Of a stretch of 64,000 nucleotides of DNA, positions 61,123 through 64,000 are shown piece by piece (within the stretch, counting starts at the first letter, position 1; the number at the start of each line of letters is the position of its first letter). The stretch is from Lama guanicoe. Taxonomy: Eukaryota. Under the pieces are notes generated by a model. That model searched no databases and was not told the DNA's origin. It saw nothing but the letters and a program-made list of their open reading frames with translations. Where the stretch lies: contig MU053873.1 of the NCBI GenBank assembly GCA_013239625.1, positions 882,524-946,523 on the forward strand, in the 5' to 3' direction. The translations under genes and the position numbers were made by a program.

Positions 61123-64000
61123 TTCTCCAGGCAGTAAAAATAACATTTTTCTCTCTTTTGTAAAAGTTAAGTACCATTACATTCCATTTTCTTAAATAAC
61201 AAAATCCTAAAAATATATATTAAATTGTATACAGTGCATCACACTTCATCTTATATTTTAAAATACATGATGTTTCTATTTTATTCTCAAAGTTGCATAT
61301 TAAGAGCATATTTACAGATAAAGCCTTGTCATCCAAAGTCAGGATCCCTGCGGGAAGGGGAGCCTGGATGTGGGCAGGTCTTGAGGCTGGGTGGACCCCA
61401 CGGAGCGGCCCCCGACCCCCCACCCCATTGTGTGCTCCTGAAGACACGTCCTTTCCGAAGCAGTGATTTACCTCGGACTTTCTCCCACATCCCCCTGCTG
61501 CCTCATTGTGACAAGACAGGAACCTGTGAGGTGGGCCCCCCTGGGGTCCCTGTGGGCAGAGAGTGAGGCCCCGTCTCCCCCAAGCCACCAGCCTGAGGGG
61601 AGGCAGCTGCGGCTGGAAGGTCTGAAAAACACCCCACGCCAGGCAGCTAAGCTGAGAGGCCTGGCCAGGAGGTAGAACAGTGCGGAAGGTAAACAAAGAC
61701 ACAGAGGAGACAATCAGAGGGGTAGACATTCCCAAGGGGATAGCAGAGCAGACGTCAAACACCAAGGAGGAGACGGGAACCCAAGAGGGTCGCAGTTGAC
61801 TGGGCTTCGGAGTGGGAGCTGGTCCGGCCCTGCAGACGAGGGGCCCGGGTCTCGGAGGCCGATCACCTTTAAGTGCTCTGGAAGATTAAGCGCCCAGGAA
61901 GCACGGGGCTTGGTGACGGGCTGTGTGCCCTGCTGGTGTCAGGATGACCTGGCCGGACACTGAGCAGGTCAGGCCGACTCCCGCCTTGGGCTGACAATGG
62001 GCCGTGCGGGCGGGGCCGTGCCCAGGCGCGCCCCACGGGTTTGGCCTAGGGGCCAGGGCAGCTGTGCTTGCTAGTGGTTTGATCTTTGCGGGTTTCCGAA
62101 CAACTGGAAGCTTGAGCCAGAGCCCACACTTCAGAAGTTACAGCAACCTGGTTACCGCACTCACACCCAGAGAGGGACCTCGACCCTGTTCTGACATGGG
62201 GGGCTGGGGGTGGGGTTCTGGGGGTTCATTCCTCCTCCTTCTCAGGGAAGAACACGGGCACCATGTGCCTCATAGAGAGGCCAGGAGACCCAGGTCCCGG
62301 CTGGCGGGGGTGGCGCACACTAGGGAGGCAGCACGCACAAGGATGAGGAGGGCACACAGCCTCCTCCACGCTCTGTCACCCCAGGGCTGGGGCTCTGGGC
62401 AGGATGTTTTCAGAGCCCCATCCATTATGGTCCCCGAAGCCCCTACCCTCCTTCTTTCCTAAGCTTCTGTGTGATCTGTAACATGCTTTTCTCAGGGTCA
62501 CCCTTTCCAGTCACCTCCAGCCCCCACTTTATCTCCTCCTTCGAAGCTTCAGTGAACACCTCCCCTCTTCTGGGACAATTTACATCTCCGTGTTTACTTA
62601 GCCACAGGGGGCCTGGGGGAGGCGGCTGACAGGTTCCAGCCAAGGCCACAGCTGGATTGTGTTTGTGGAGGGCAACCTGGGACAATTTATGGCGTCTCCC
62701 CAATGCTGTCCTGAGGCCGGTGTAGGTGTCCCGGGGCTGTTCCCGGGACAGTAAGTGGATCCAGGGGCACTGGGCTGTGCCAGGGCTGGCAGGAAGGAGC
62801 GCCCTGGGGTCACAGCACTTCCGGGACCTCCGAAAAAGGGCTGCTTCAGCTGCTCAGACGGCACACAGTGACCCTTCACCGTGACCCAAGTGTGAGGAGG
62901 GCAGGGTGGGCAGGTGGGCCGAGGGGCTGCACCAGAGGCCAGTGGTCAGAGTAAGCCCAACTGCCTCCCGGTCAGGCGAGCCCCTCCCAGGCGGAATCCC
63001 ACATTCCCTCTGTGCTGCACAAGGACCTATTCCCAGCACGGGGCCCTTTGTGACCACACGTACCTGACACTTGTGTTTGAGAGGAGATTCCATACAGGCC
63101 GGGAATAGCTTAGAGGGGAGACGGCACATGGCAGTATATTCCAGGGGTCCCTGGATGCAGCCGGCCTGTCTCCAGACTTGGGGCCGGTGGACAGCTGCTC
63201 CAGGGTAACGCCCTCTCCAGATCAAAGCACGAAGACAGCCTTGCGGCTCGGTGCCCGTGGCCTCAGCCGGTGCCGGGGCAGTGCCCCCGCCCTCCTGTGG
63301 ACACACTGCATTTCTCCCCGAATGCCCTCTGCCTGCCAGCTCCCAGCATCTCTCCTGGTTGGCCCTGTCTTTCTGGGGGCCAGGCGCAGACGGGTTGCTG
63401 GCAGAACCCTAGGGAAGGCCGCTTTTGGAAACCTGGGGAGGCAGGCAGGCAGGCAAAGTGCCCCAAGGAGGAAATCGGGGAGGCAGGAGGCCCAGCAAGG
63501 CCCAAGGCCCAGTGCCTGTGGGAGAGCCACGCTCCAGCAGAGCCCAGGCCTGGCCTTTGGAGGCACAGGTGCTGTTCCCAGCTGCTGTAGACAAAGCTGG
63601 CTTTTGACAGCGGGCCGTCTAAACAGGAGGTGGCACCAACTCACACAGCCCACAGCCGCCGCAGCTGCAGCTCTCAATCTTAGGAGGCCTTTCCTCAGAG
63701 GGTCTCCAGTTCCCAAACCCACCCTCCCCCTTGCACGCCACTCTGTGGGTTCCCCTCCCCATCTGGGGGGCAGGATGGTGTGGGACCAGGAACAAGAGCC
63801 CTCTCCTTCCTGGCCGAGCCATTCCAGACCCTACTCTGTCCCCATAGGAAGGGGCACAGAGGCCCAGAGAGCACAAGCTGGGGAGTATCTTTCATCCTTT
63901 TTAAAAATGAGGGACACTAAGGGAGGGACTGCTGGCACCCACCTCACACGATGCTGCCTGGATGCTAAACCACAATGTTTATACTCCCTGTTCTGAACTG

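Overview
GC-rich mammalian genomic DNA, probably camelid judging by its tRNA-Ala-derived SINE family (inference). No prokaryotic features are present. The main feature is a complete minus-strand EMID1 gene (EMI domain-containing 1, Emu1). I rebuilt it by hand as 15 coding exons with canonical GT-AG sites and consistent phases: ATG at 34463, TGA at 1097-1095, 1320 nt, 439 aa, polyA signal at 464-469, and a CpG-island promoter containing a 56-N gap. The most interesting structure is a duplicated, phase-matched pair of penultimate exons (5429-5513 and 4480-4570). They encode alternative C-terminal trimeric coiled coils, and including both creates an immediate NMD-type stop. Between them lies a degenerate tandem array of about 8 ZNF143/Staf-like motifs. 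The rest is intronic or intergenic DNA with L1, L2, MIR, MLT1, ERV-LTR and hAT relics, one young 5'-truncated L1 with an uninterrupted ORF2 C-terminal half, a strong CTCF site at about 40.56 kb, and the probable 3' UTR end of an upstream minus-strand gene (KREMEN1 by human synteny). Almost all other listed ORFs are spurious products of high GC content. Repeat subfamily names are from memory, not from a search.
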